From contig JBMOLU010000009.1 of the NCBI GenBank assembly GCA_049325275.1, positions 45,103 through 109,102 of the forward strand: a DNA stretch of 64,000 bases, in the 5' to 3' direction. The stretch's first letter is position 1. Each line of letters begins with the position of its first letter. A program made the translations under genes and the position numbers. Positions 54,845-63,793 of this stretch are shown here, piece by piece. This DNA is from Chloroflexota bacterium. GTDB taxonomy: Bacteria > Chloroflexota > Anaerolineae > Anaerolineales > UBA4823. The notes below the pieces were generated by a model. That model did no database searches. It was not told where the DNA came from and saw nothing but the letters and a program-made list of their open reading frames with translations.

Positions 54845-54885
54845 CGCTTTCTCCTTATTCCTTTGCTTGCTTGCAAGCCGTTCGG

Positions 54886-54903
54886 TTGTGAAAATTATAA
54901 CAA
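54886..54903. promoter_or_regulatory. Putative Rex operator
   Basis: TTGTGAA-aatt-ATAACAA versus consensus TTGTGAA-N4-TTCACAA, about 40 bp upstream of ndh. Confidence 0.6.
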
Positions 54904-55059
54904 ATAAAAGATAATTCGGATAGTATTTATGTGAATTTCCCCGTTTTTGAAGATTTACGGCGCCGCAAGCGATAGTGTAACAAGAGAGCGATCTTCTGCC
55001 GCGCGGGGAAAATCACAACATTAATTTTCCCCGCAAACGTATATCCGGCGAACGCCCCC

Positions 55060-56760
55060 TTAAACGTCCCCGCCCAACTTCGCTTCGATGATCTGCACCA
55101 CATCCCCCAGCGTTTCGGCGTCGAAGGCAAACTTCGCCCCGGCAGCCGCGTAGAGTTCGGGTAAGGTGACCGTACCGCCCAGGGCCAGGGCCTGGCGGTA
55201 AGCGGCAACCGCGCCGGCTTGATCGCGGTGTGCATTGCGGTAGATTTGCAACGCGCCCAACTGCGCCAGGCCGTATTCCACATAATAAAACGGTACCTGG
55301 AGGATGTGCAGTTTACGCTGCCAGCCGGTGGCGAGGACTTCCTCATAGCCGCGCCAATCGACCCCGACCATAAAGCGCTGCCACAGGGCCGTCCACTGCG
55401 CGTCACAGTTGGCCGGATCGCCGGCAGCAACCGGGTTTTCGTACGCCCAGTGCTGGAAGGCATCCACCACGGCCATGTAGGGCCAGAAGGTGAGTACATC
55501 TTCCAGGTGCTCTGCGAGGGCGCGCTGGGCGTCGGCCGGGGTGTAGAAACCGCCCATTTCGGCGGCCAGGTAAGGCGCCGCAAGCAGCTCCATGCCCATC
55601 GAGGCCACCTCGGCAAACTCGAGCGGCACCTGCATCTGTTGAAAGTAAGGCAGGCCGGCACTCTCGAAAACGTGGAAAGCGTGCCCACCCTCGTGCAGCA
55701 AGGTTTGCACGTCTTCATGCAGGCCGACGGCATTCATGAAAACAAACGGCCGGCCGGCCACGGGATAATCTGTGCAATAGCCGCCCGGAGCTTTGTTCTT
55801 GCGGTTATCGAGATCCAGCAGGCCTTCACGGCGCATGACGGCAAAGTAGTCGGCCAGGCCGGCGTCGACTCGGCGAAAGATCGCTTCGACGCCATCTTCC
55901 AGTTGTGCGACGTCATCGAAAGGCTTCAGGGGTGGCCGTGAGAACGGGTCGACCACCAAGTCCCACGGGCGAAGAACGTCTACGCCCAACCGCTGGCGGC
56001 GCTTCTCGTGCAGGCGCTGCACCGCCGGGACGACGACTTTTTCGATCGCCCGGTGGAAGCATTTGCAGTCGGCAGGGGAATAATCGAAGCGCAGCATTTG
56101 CTGCCAGCGAAAATCGCGGTAGCTGGCCCGCCCCGCATTGGCTGCCAACCGGCCACGTAAATCCAACAGTTGTACCCATAAGTCGTCAATCGCCCGGCGG
56201 TCGGCCAGTTGGCGTTCGGCCGCCAGTTGCCAGGCGCGCTGGCGGACCGCACGATCGGGATCACGGCCAAAAGGTCCCAACTGTGAAATCGTCAGTTCCT
56301 CTCCGTCCCAATCGACGCTCTGTGCGCCGCTGATCTTGTCATATTCATTGGCCAGTTGAAGTTCCTGGCTGAGAAACGGCAGGTTGGCCTCACGATACAG
56401 ATCGGCTTCTGCCTTCAGGTTGCGCAGCGGGATCGCAAACCCCACCGGATCGGGGCCGCCGGCATCCCGGTACGCCAACAACTTCTGCTTAAGGCGCTGC
56501 TCGGCATCCTGGGCAGGCGGGTAGATTTCGTCGAGGTACCGCCGGTAGGCCCGGTCGGCGGCCGCATCGGCCGTGTTGACCGTCGTCGCCACGTACAAGC
56601 GCTGGTAACGCTCATAGATCAGGGCAGAGAGATGCGACCAATCGGCCAGCCAGGCATCAACGTTGCCTGCATCGAGTGGGCGGGCCAGCAGATCGGCCAC
56701 GTGGGGCTCGATCTGGGGCCAGGACCAGCCCATAAAGTCGGTGGCATGGGAAGGGAGCAT
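55060..56760 (-). CDS. M3 family oligoendopeptidase F
   Basis: RKNKAPGGYC, HEGGHAFH, EFAEVAS, FYYVEY. Confidence 0.93.
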   Translation of the reverse strand: MLPSHATDFMGWSWPQIEPHVADLLARPLDAGNVDAWLADWSHLSALIYERYQRLYVATTVNTADAAADRAYRRYLDEIYPPAQDAEQRLKQKLLAYRDAGGPDPVGFAIPLRNLKAEADLYREANLPFLSQELQLANEYDKISGAQSVDWDGEELTISQLGPFGRDPDRAVRQRAWQLAAERQLADRRAIDDLWVQLLDLRGRLAANAGRASYRDFRWQQMLRFDYSPADCKCFHRAIEKVVVPAVQRLHEKRRQRLGVDVLRPWDLVVDPFSRPPLKPFDDVAQLEDGVEAIFRRVDAGLADYFAVMRREGLLDLDNRKNKAPGGYCTDYPVAGRPFVFMNAVGLHEDVQTLLHEGGHAFHVFESAGLPYFQQMQVPLEFAEVASMGMELLAAPYLAAEMGGFYTPADAQRALAEHLEDVLTFWPYMAVVDAFQHWAYENPVAAGDPANCDAQWTALWQRFMVGVDWRGYEEVLATGWQRKLHILQVPFYYVEYGLAQLGALQIYRNAHRDQAGAVAAYRQALALGGTVTLPELYAAAGAKFAFDAETLGDVVQIIEAKLGGDV

Positions 56761-56766
56761 AGGGTG

Positions 56767-58242
56767 TCAGGAGGGGGATAAACCTGGGGTGCGGGTGTGC
56801 CAATCGGTGGCCTGTTGGTAGACGTGGGCTGTTTTGAGCAGCAGGTCCTCACGGAAGTGAGGTCCCATGAGCTGCATCCCGACCGGCAGGCCGGCGGCGT
56901 CGAAGCCGACCGGAAACGAGATGCCCGGCACACCGGCGAGATTGGCCGGCAGGGTGAAAACATCTTCCAGGTACATCGCCAATGGGTCATCCCCATGTGC
57001 GCCGATTTCGAAGGCCGTGGTCGGGGCCACAGGTGAGGCGATGACATCCACCTGCTCGAAAGCCTTGAGAAAATCTTGCCTGATCAGGGCCCGCACCTTT
57101 TGGGCCTGGCCGTAGTAAGCGTCATAGTAGCCTGCCGAAAGTGCGTACGTGCCGAGCATGATACGCCGCTTGACCTCGGCGCCGAAGCGCTCGCCGCGCG
57201 TGTTGCGGAAGAGTTCCCACAGGGCATCGCCGTCGGCACGCGGGCCATAACGAACGCCGTCATAACGCGCCAGGTTGGCCGATGCTTCTGCCGGGGCAAT
57301 CAAGTAATAGACGGGCACGGCGTATTCAGTGTGCGGCAAGCGGATGGGATGGATGCTCGCGCCCTGCGACTCCAGCACCGCAATCGCCTGGCGCACGCCC
57401 GTTTCGACATCTGCCTGGATGCCGCTGATGAAATATTCCTGTGGCACGCCGACGCGCAGCCCGGCCAGGGAAACCGGGCCCTGTAAGTCGACTTGCACCA
57501 CGGGGATGTCCGGCGTGGTCATATCCAATGGATCGTGCCCGGCAATGACGGAAAACAGCAGGGCCACATCTTCGGCCGTCCGGGCAATCGGCCCAATCGC
57601 ATCGAGCGAGGAGCCGTACGCCACCAGGCCGTAGCGCGAAACACGCCCGTAGGTCGGCTTCAGCCCGGTCACGCCGCAGAAGGAAGCCGGTTGGCGGACG
57701 CTACCACCCGTGTCGCTGCCCAGGGCCGCGGGCACCTGGCGGGCCGCCACCGCAGCAGCGCTGCCACCGCTTGAACCGCCCGGCACGCGCCTCACATCCC
57801 AGGGATTGTGCGTCACCCCGTACGCAGAATTTTCCGTCGATGACCCCATGGCAAACTCATCCGTATTGGTCTTCCCAACGATCACGGCTCCGGCGTGGCG
57901 CAGACGTTCAATCGCGGTGGCGTTGTAAGGAGGTGTGAAATTCTCCAGGATGCGTGAACCGCAGGTACAACGCACGTCTTTGACGCAAATCACATCTTTG
58001 ATCGCCAGGGGCAGACCCATCAGCGGCTGCAAATGCGCGTCGGCGTCACGCCGCCAGGCAGCGATTTGCCGGTCAGCTTCGTCGGCCTGGGCCAGGGCCT
58101 GCTCTGCTGTAACGGTAAGAAAAGCGTTCAGGGTTGGATCGCTGCGCTCGATCTGAGCGAGGCAGGCTTGCGTCAATTCACGGCTGGAAACTTCGCCACT
58201 TGCGATAGAAGTAATGGATTCGGAGAGCGTTGGAAGGGTCAT
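56767..58242 (-). CDS. gatA: Asp/Glu-tRNA amidotransferase subunit A
   Basis: GKTNTDEFAMGSSTENS, GGSSGGS, GSDTGGSVRQP, EVKRRIMLGTYALSAGYYDAYY. Confidence 0.96.
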   Translation of the reverse strand: MTLPTLSESITSIASGEVSSRELTQACLAQIERSDPTLNAFLTVTAEQALAQADEADRQIAAWRRDADAHLQPLMGLPLAIKDVICVKDVRCTCGSRILENFTPPYNATAIERLRHAGAVIVGKTNTDEFAMGSSTENSAYGVTHNPWDVRRVPGGSSGGSAAAVAARQVPAALGSDTGGSVRQPASFCGVTGLKPTYGRVSRYGLVAYGSSLDAIGPIARTAEDVALLFSVIAGHDPLDMTTPDIPVVQVDLQGPVSLAGLRVGVPQEYFISGIQADVETGVRQAIAVLESQGASIHPIRLPHTEYAVPVYYLIAPAEASANLARYDGVRYGPRADGDALWELFRNTRGERFGAEVKRRIMLGTYALSAGYYDAYYGQAQKVRALIRQDFLKAFEQVDVIASPVAPTTAFEIGAHGDDPLAMYLEDVFTLPANLAGVPGISFPVGFDAAGLPVGMQLMGPHFREDLLLKTAHVYQQATDWHTRTPGLSPS

Positions 58243-58306
58243 GAGCGGAAAAAGTGAAAGTTGATAGGTGATGGGCGCCGGCGATAAGGCCCGACGTCCT
58301 TTTGTC

Positions 58307-58591
58307 TCACTCGAAGACGGGCGGGATACGAAACTGCTCGTTTTCGACGGCCGGCGCGTTGCGCAGCAAATCTTCACGCAACAGGCCCGGGCGAGGAATA
58401 TCCGGGCGTAAAGCCGTGGGGATGGCCGTCTCCGTTGAAGCGTCTGCACGGATTGTTACCGTTTGCAGACGGACGAAGTGTTCGAGAATGGCCGAGAGCT
58501 GCTCGCTGTAGTGGGCGACCTCTTCGTCACTCAGTTTGAGACGGGCCAGGTGGGCAATGTGTTGGACTTCGGAAGGGGTAATGGTGGTCAT
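58307..58591 (-). CDS. gatC: Asp/Glu-tRNA amidotransferase subunit C
   Basis: EVQHIAHLARL, LRPD, LRNAP, FRIPPVFE. Confidence 0.92.
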   Translation of the reverse strand: MTTITPSEVQHIAHLARLKLSDEEVAHYSEQLSAILEHFVRLQTVTIRADASTETAIPTALRPDIPRPGLLREDLLRNAPAVENEQFRIPPVFE

Positions 58592-58628
58592 GGTTTGATT
58601 ATACCGTAGGGTTGAAGGTTGCAGGGTG

Positions 58629-59621
58629 TCACGCATCCGCCCATTCGGCGGTATACCAGCGCAGGTACTGTTCGATGTGCACACGCCAGTAGTCTTCATT
58701 GTGATCCCCGACAAAGAGATAAAACTCGTGGGGAACGCGCAGGCGCGTCAGGAGGCCTTCGAAGCCCAGTGCAGAATCGCTGATCTCCGGACGGTCGCTG
58801 TCGCCGAGGTCAACGAAAAAGCGCGGCATGGCTTCGGAAGGGATCTCCTCTAGCCAGCCGCGAATGGATGAAGCATCATCCCAAAAAATAGCCGCACTGT
58901 GCGCGCCGACCGCCGAGAAACTTTGCCAGTATTGAATTCCAAGATGCAACGCCCAACTGCCGCCGCGCGACAAGCCGCCGATGGCGCGGAAAGTGCGTTC
59001 TGGACGCGTGCGGTACTGCGCATCGATTGCTGGGATGAGCGTATCCATGACTGCCTGCCCGAAGGGATCGCGTTCCGGCTGGTTCCATAAGCGGTCGCGC
59101 GGCATGACGATGATTACCGGGGCGATCTCACCGGCACGGATCAAGCGGTCGGCGGCTTCGTCCACGCCCAGGCGATCCCATTGATCGTCGGTAAAGTACT
59201 GCCCGTGAATCAGGTAAAGCACCGGATACCGCGCCTGGCTGTGCTCCTGGTAGCAGGGTGGCAAATACACCCGGTACGCCAGGTCCTCCGCCAACATCTC
59301 GGCGGGCACTGCTGTCACAAGTATCTCGCCATCGTGCTGCAAACAGGTTTCGGGAGAAGCGGTAGGCGTTGGCGTTGGGTGATGGGTTCGCGTCAGGAAG
59401 GCCGTGGGGGTGAAGGTTGCCGTTGGCGGCATGGGGGTTGGGCTTACCGCCGCCGTTGGGGAAACCGTTGGCGGCAGCGAAACAGCAATATCGAGCGCTA
59501 CGGGCGGCTTGCGGGTGGGCAGTTCAGCCTCCCCCACAGCACAGGCTGCCAGGCCCCACAACAGGAACAAGAGTCCCAACCCCACCACCCGAGGATCGCG
59601 TCGTCTCCTGGCCTTTGTCAT
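58629..59621 (-). CDS. Esterase family lipoprotein
   Basis: LAAC lipobox, VYLPP.Y, YPVLYLIHG, GLSRGG, H..YW. Confidence 0.88.
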   Translation of the reverse strand: MTKARRRRDPRVVGLGLLFLLWGLAACAVGEAELPTRKPPVALDIAVSLPPTVSPTAAVSPTPMPPTATFTPTAFLTRTHHPTPTPTASPETCLQHDGEILVTAVPAEMLAEDLAYRVYLPPCYQEHSQARYPVLYLIHGQYFTDDQWDRLGVDEAADRLIRAGEIAPVIIVMPRDRLWNQPERDPFGQAVMDTLIPAIDAQYRTRPERTFRAIGGLSRGGSWALHLGIQYWQSFSAVGAHSAAIFWDDASSIRGWLEEIPSEAMPRFFVDLGDSDRPEISDSALGFEGLLTRLRVPHEFYLFVGDHNEDYWRVHIEQYLRWYTAEWADA

Positions 59622-59651
59622 AAAGGGAGTCTACCAGAAAATTAAAGCCGG

Positions 59652-59679
59652 TTGACATTTGCTTTTCCGGCGCGATAAT
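59652..59679 (+). promoter_or_regulatory. Sigma70-type promoter for the aptamer RNA
   Basis: TTGACA-N16-GATAAT immediately before the 5' pairing strand ACACTC. Confidence 0.7.
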
Positions 59680-59691
59680 GAAAATACACTC

Positions 59692-59975
59692 CGACAAAAA
59701 GCAAAACCGGTGAAAACCGGCGACGCAAAGCCACAGGGTCTAAAGTCTGCGAAAAAGGTCGAAAATTATTTCCTGATTCGCGCTTAAGCTGGATGCCTCT
59801 GAAAAGACCAGCCTTTGGCGGTTAGACTTGGCGAGCTAACCGGAGCATAAAAGAGGAAGTAACAGAATAGACTGCAAGGATGTTTGAAACAAAATTCAAA
59901 AACAGGTGTTGAAAAGCCTGTTTCACTTTGTTGAAAACACACCTGCCGCAAAAGGATCAGACAGCCGGCTACCGA
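59692..59975 (+). ncRNA. GEMM-I cyclic dinucleotide aptamer 1, A20 variant with ~210-nt P3 insertion
   Basis: aGCAAAACCGGT-GAAA-ACCGGCGACGCAAAGCCACAGGGTCTAA ... GACAGCCGGCTACCGAA. Confidence 0.75.
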
Positions 59976-60057
59976 AAAAGGCAAACCCAGCGAAAGCTGG
60001 CGGCGCAGAGTCATGGGTCTAACGTCTGTAAGGCGACCAAGATTGCCAGACCAACCG
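59973..60057 (+). ncRNA. c-di-GMP-I aptamer 2
   Basis: GGCAAACCCAGC-GAAA-GCTGGCGGCGCAGAGTCATGGGTCTAA..GATTGCCAGACCAACCG. Confidence 0.75.
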
Positions 60058-60163
60058 AAAGGCAAACCCGGTGAAAACCGGCGGCGCAAAGCCATGGGTC
60101 TAACGTCATAGAGAAATGACCAGCGAACGAAAGTTCGACGACTGCCAGGCTACCGAAGAGTGT
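60056..60163 (+). ncRNA. c-di-GMP-I aptamer 3
   Basis: GGCAAACCCGGT-GAAA-ACCGGCGGCGCAAAGCCATGGGTCTAA..GACTGCCAGGCTACCGAA. Confidence 0.85.
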
Positions 60164-60173
60164 TTCCACACCC

Positions 60174-60209
60174 AAAAACGCACAGGTTTTGAGACCTGTG
60201 CGTTTTTTT
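60174..60209. terminator. Intrinsic terminator, probably bidirectional
   Basis: aaaaacgcacaggt-tttgag-acctgtgcgttttttt. Confidence 0.88.
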
Positions 60210-60225
60210 ATTGCTGGGTCTTTCC

Positions 60226-60942
60226 TTAACGGCAGTACCGCATCAGGGCATCATGTTTGTGCACGGTAATACGTCCGTCGGCATCGATCGACGTAATCCC
60301 CAGCTGCTTGAACGTGACCATCACCTGGTTGACCCGCTTGCGTGAGGCGCCGACCAGATCTGCAATGTCGCTTTGGGTGAGGAAAATAGGAATCTTTATC
60401 TCACCGTTGCTGTTGCAGTGCCCATACTTTTCGGCAAATGCCAGGAGCTGACGCGCCACGCGCCCATACACATCGAGCGTGGCCAACGCCTGAATCAGTT
60501 CATTGGCCAGGCGCACCCGGTTGGAAAGAATGCGCACCAGGTTGAGCGAAAGCTCCGGAAAGCGATGCAACGCATCCTGAAAGGTCGGCCGATCCATCCA
60601 CAGCAAGGTCGATTCCTCGAGGGTCAGCACACTGGCCGAACGGCCGGCGGTGTCTACCAGGCTCATTTCGCCCACCGTATCGCCGGCGCCCAAGATGGCC
60701 AGCACCACGTCGCTCCCACCGACCTGCTCGATGTGAATTTTGACCGTCCCCCGCAAGATGATATAGACCAGTTCTCCGGGGGTATCGGCGGTGATGATAT
60801 TCGTCCCCGGGGGGAACGTCTTGTAACGCAGTTGGCCGGCCAGCCAGATGAGTTGTGAGGTTTCCAGGCCCTGGAACAGGGGAACTTCCGCCAAAGCTTT
60901 TGGCGAAACGATGGTTTGCGTGATTGCAGAATTCAAGAACAT
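60226..60942 (-). CDS. Crp/Fnr family regulator with cNMP-binding domain
   Basis: VPLFQGL, GEMSL..RSASV, C-terminal HTH LTQSDIADLVGASRKRVN. Confidence 0.93.
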   Translation of the reverse strand: MFLNSAITQTIVSPKALAEVPLFQGLETSQLIWLAGQLRYKTFPPGTNIITADTPGELVYIILRGTVKIHIEQVGGSDVVLAILGAGDTVGEMSLVDTAGRSASVLTLEESTLLWMDRPTFQDALHRFPELSLNLVRILSNRVRLANELIQALATLDVYGRVARQLLAFAEKYGHCNSNGEIKIPIFLTQSDIADLVGASRKRVNQVMVTFKQLGITSIDADGRITVHKHDALMRYCR

Positions 60943-61089
60943 CTCTCCCTCCCGGAAGCTTCAAAAAGGTTACCTTTAAGCGAATCGTTGCCGTCGCTTC
61001 TCGAAAAAGCCGCCGAGGCCTCGAAAGCCTTTCCTGCGAACGATCGAGAAACTGTGTCTGTCCGTTTTTCGCTCGCCGAAAAGGCGGCA

Positions 61090-62109
61090 TCATACGTTTA
61101 AGTTTACACCGAATCGACCGCCCTGCGGATGGGTCATCGATGGGTGAAAAAGTGCCCGTGCTTCAGACCCATCCGCCTGGCCTTCACCGATAGTAATCTC
61201 CAGGCCTTCGAAAGCGGCCAGCGTGTTCTCGAAGAACTCCCGCGCCCGGCTACCCAGGCCGGAGAGCATTTCGTCGTCGTAGTTCGGATCGTGGTGAAAC
61301 AGGATCAACTGCTTTACACCGGCCGCAGCGGCCACTTCGCAGGCCATCTCGGGGGTAGAATGGCCGTACCCTTGCGTAGAGGGCAAGCCGGCCATCAGCC
61401 CGCGGTAGTGATCCTGGGCATATTGGGCGTCGTGGATCAGCAGGTCGGCGCCCTCGGCAAACTTCACCAGGCGGCGATCTCCGCCGACGTAGCCTTCGGT
61501 ATCGGTAGCGTAGACCAACACATGCTCTTGCCATTCGAGGCGATACAGGTAAACGCCACCCGGATGGGCGTAAGACTTCATGATGCGCACGCGTACCAGG
61601 TCGCGGTCAGCAGGTGCCTCAGACGATTTGCAGACCCGCATACCGCCGGCCGCTTCGCCGAACAACACCACGTCGGTCTCGCGCAGGCTGCGAATGTCCT
61701 TGCCCGAAGCCATATCGTTCAACGTAACCGGAAAGTTGGGCGGGGTCTGGTTATGGTTCAACACATCCGAAAGCGCCGACTCGGTCGCACCCGGGCCATA
61801 AAGATGCAGGCGGGCTGCGGGGTGATAGGCCGGGGTGAAGAAGGGAAAGCCCTGAGTGTGATCGTGGTGAAGGTGGCTGAAGAGAATCGTGGCTTCGATG
61901 GGCTGCCCGGTTTTGCGGGCGCGGGCGGCCAATTCACGGCCCAAACCGATAATGCCGGTGCCTGCATCAAAGATCAGGGTGTATCCGTTGATATTGACCT
62001 CAACGCAGGAGGTATTGCCACCGTACCCAACGGTCCCACTGCCGGGTACGGGATAGCTCCCGCGCACGCCCCAGAATTTGACGCTGAAGGAATTGTTTTT
62101 CGTAAACAT
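61090..62109 (-). CDS. MBL-fold metallo-hydrolase (RNase Z/phosphodiesterase-like)
   Basis: FWGVRGS, YGGNTSC, DAGTG, SHLHHDH, TDTE, GHST, FHHDP; GGAGG SD. Confidence 0.9.
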   Translation of the reverse strand: MFTKNNSFSVKFWGVRGSYPVPGSGTVGYGGNTSCVEVNINGYTLIFDAGTGIIGLGRELAARARKTGQPIEATILFSHLHHDHTQGFPFFTPAYHPAARLHLYGPGATESALSDVLNHNQTPPNFPVTLNDMASGKDIRSLRETDVVLFGEAAGGMRVCKSSEAPADRDLVRVRIMKSYAHPGGVYLYRLEWQEHVLVYATDTEGYVGGDRRLVKFAEGADLLIHDAQYAQDHYRGLMAGLPSTQGYGHSTPEMACEVAAAAGVKQLILFHHDPNYDDEMLSGLGSRAREFFENTLAAFEGLEITIGEGQADGSEARALFHPSMTHPQGGRFGVNLNV

Positions 62110-62249
62110 GGCGACCTCCATTGGATCAGTTTCTGCCCCTATTATGCCAAGCCACCAGCCATCGAGGTAGGAAATATTTCTCAGCAGGCGAGAGAAGTAA
62201 CGGTCGAAAGGTTGTGAAGTGTGGCTTTTTTTGGTTGTAGAATCAAGCC

Positions 62250-63776
62250 ATGAAAAAAGACTCGTTATCCTCGAAGTTTTGTTTCCTGTTCCTGTTTGCC
62301 GGTCTCGTGGCCTGCCGCTTTTCTGTCAGCACACCGCCTACAGCGACTTATCGCCCCCCGCGAATACCGACGGCAACGCTCACGCCAACCCAGGCGAACG
62401 CAGAGACCTTATCGGCGCCTTCCGAAGCGCCGTCCACAGCCAGCCCCATACCGGCGCCGCCAACGGCCATTCCGCCGACGCTTGAACCCGTCTGCCGACG
62501 CGCCTCGTACCAACTGTCCGTCACCTTCGACGTCAGCGAGCAAAACGCCGCAGTTGCCGAAAGCATCGTGTACCGCAACAACAGCAGCCAAGCCTTATCC
62601 GAACTCCTGTTGATCGTCGAACCTGCCCGTCGCGAAGGCATCTTTACCTTGAACCGTATCGTCTGGCCGGGTGGGGCGCAGGCCGGGGCTTTTCGGTGGG
62701 AACGCGGTTTCTTATACCTGCCGTTGGCCGGGGCGCTCTTGCCCGGCCACGAAGTAACGATCGAGATCGACTACACATTGGCCCTGCCTCCCAACGCTGG
62801 TGTGCTGGGTTTTACCCCGCGGCAGGCTAACTTTGGCGATTGGTATCCTTATATCCCACCCTACCAGGAAGGCGCCGGTTGGTTGGCCTATGCACCTTCC
62901 AGCGTGGGCGAATATCTCGCTTTCGACAAGGCCGACTTTGATGTTAACGTTCAAGTGATTAATGAACCCTCCGGCTGGGAAGTGATTGCGCCGGGTTTGG
63001 TTGCCCGCGATGGAAACACCTATCACTTCGTATGGGAAAACGCACGCAGCTTTGCATGGTCGGGCAGCGCACAATACACCTTGGCAGAGGAACAGTTTGG
63101 AGACGTGCACGTCCGGCAGTATACGCTGGGCAGTCATGCTCACAAGGGCGAATATGCCTTGACGGTCATCGGGAAGGCATTAATGCTGTATAGCGAACTG
63201 TTTGCTCCTTATCCACATGACGAATTGATTGCCATCGAAGCAGATTTCTTCGATGGCATGGAGTACGATGGCTTATTTTACCTGGGCGAGACGTACTTTC
63301 AGCAGCACGATGGCACACCAGCCGACTACCTTACCGCCCTGACGGCCCACGAAACAGCGCATCAGTGGTGGTACGGGCTGGTAGGGAATGATCCCGCCTG
63401 GGAGCCTTGGCTGGACGAAGCATTTTGCACCTACAGTGAGTACCTGTACTACGAACGCTATGCCCCTGAGCTGCTCAGTTGGTGGTGGCAGTATCGTTCG
63501 GAGCGCTTTCATCCCCACGGTTGGGTGAACAGTACGGTGTATGATCAAGTAGATTTTCGCACCTACGTCGATGCCGTTTACCTGGAGGGTGCCCATTTCT
63601 TGAACGATTTACGAGACCGTGTGGGCAATGAAGCCTTTTTTGCCACCCTAAAGAAATACAGCCTATCTTATGCGGACGAACTAGCCACCACAGATGGCTT
63701 TTTTAGCATTCTAGATCAACAAACGCAAAAGCCCTATCAGGATATTGTTGATAGCTATTTCCGGGCCGAACCATAA
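62250..63776 (+). CDS. M1 family metallopeptidase lipoprotein
   Basis: LVAC lipobox, GMEY, HETAHQWW..WLDEAF, VY..GA. Confidence 0.9.
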   Translation: MKKDSLSSKFCFLFLFAGLVACRFSVSTPPTATYRPPRIPTATLTPTQANAETLSAPSEAPSTASPIPAPPTAIPPTLEPVCRRASYQLSVTFDVSEQNAAVAESIVYRNNSSQALSELLLIVEPARREGIFTLNRIVWPGGAQAGAFRWERGFLYLPLAGALLPGHEVTIEIDYTLALPPNAGVLGFTPRQANFGDWYPYIPPYQEGAGWLAYAPSSVGEYLAFDKADFDVNVQVINEPSGWEVIAPGLVARDGNTYHFVWENARSFAWSGSAQYTLAEEQFGDVHVRQYTLGSHAHKGEYALTVIGKALMLYSELFAPYPHDELIAIEADFFDGMEYDGLFYLGETYFQQHDGTPADYLTALTAHETAHQWWYGLVGNDPAWEPWLDEAFCTYSEYLYYERYAPELLSWWWQYRSERFHPHGWVNSTVYDQVDFRTYVDAVYLEGAHFLNDLRDRVGNEAFFATLKKYSLSYADELATTDGFFSILDQQTQKPYQDIVDSYFRAEP

Positions 63777-63793
63777 GATATCCCCATGTTATC

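Noticed and set aside
59793-59912. Two 10-codon ORFs (MPLKRPAFGG, MFETKFKNRC) inside the aptamer insert
   Set aside because: No well-spaced SD and they lie within hairpins; not supportable, though Ribo-seq could test them
59784-60095. 103-aa minus-strand ORF with an internal repeat
   Set aside because: It is the reverse complement of the aptamers, which explains its repeat
60964-60977. Palindrome aaaggttaccttt upstream of crp
   Set aside because: Single short occurrence; cannot be assigned to a regulator
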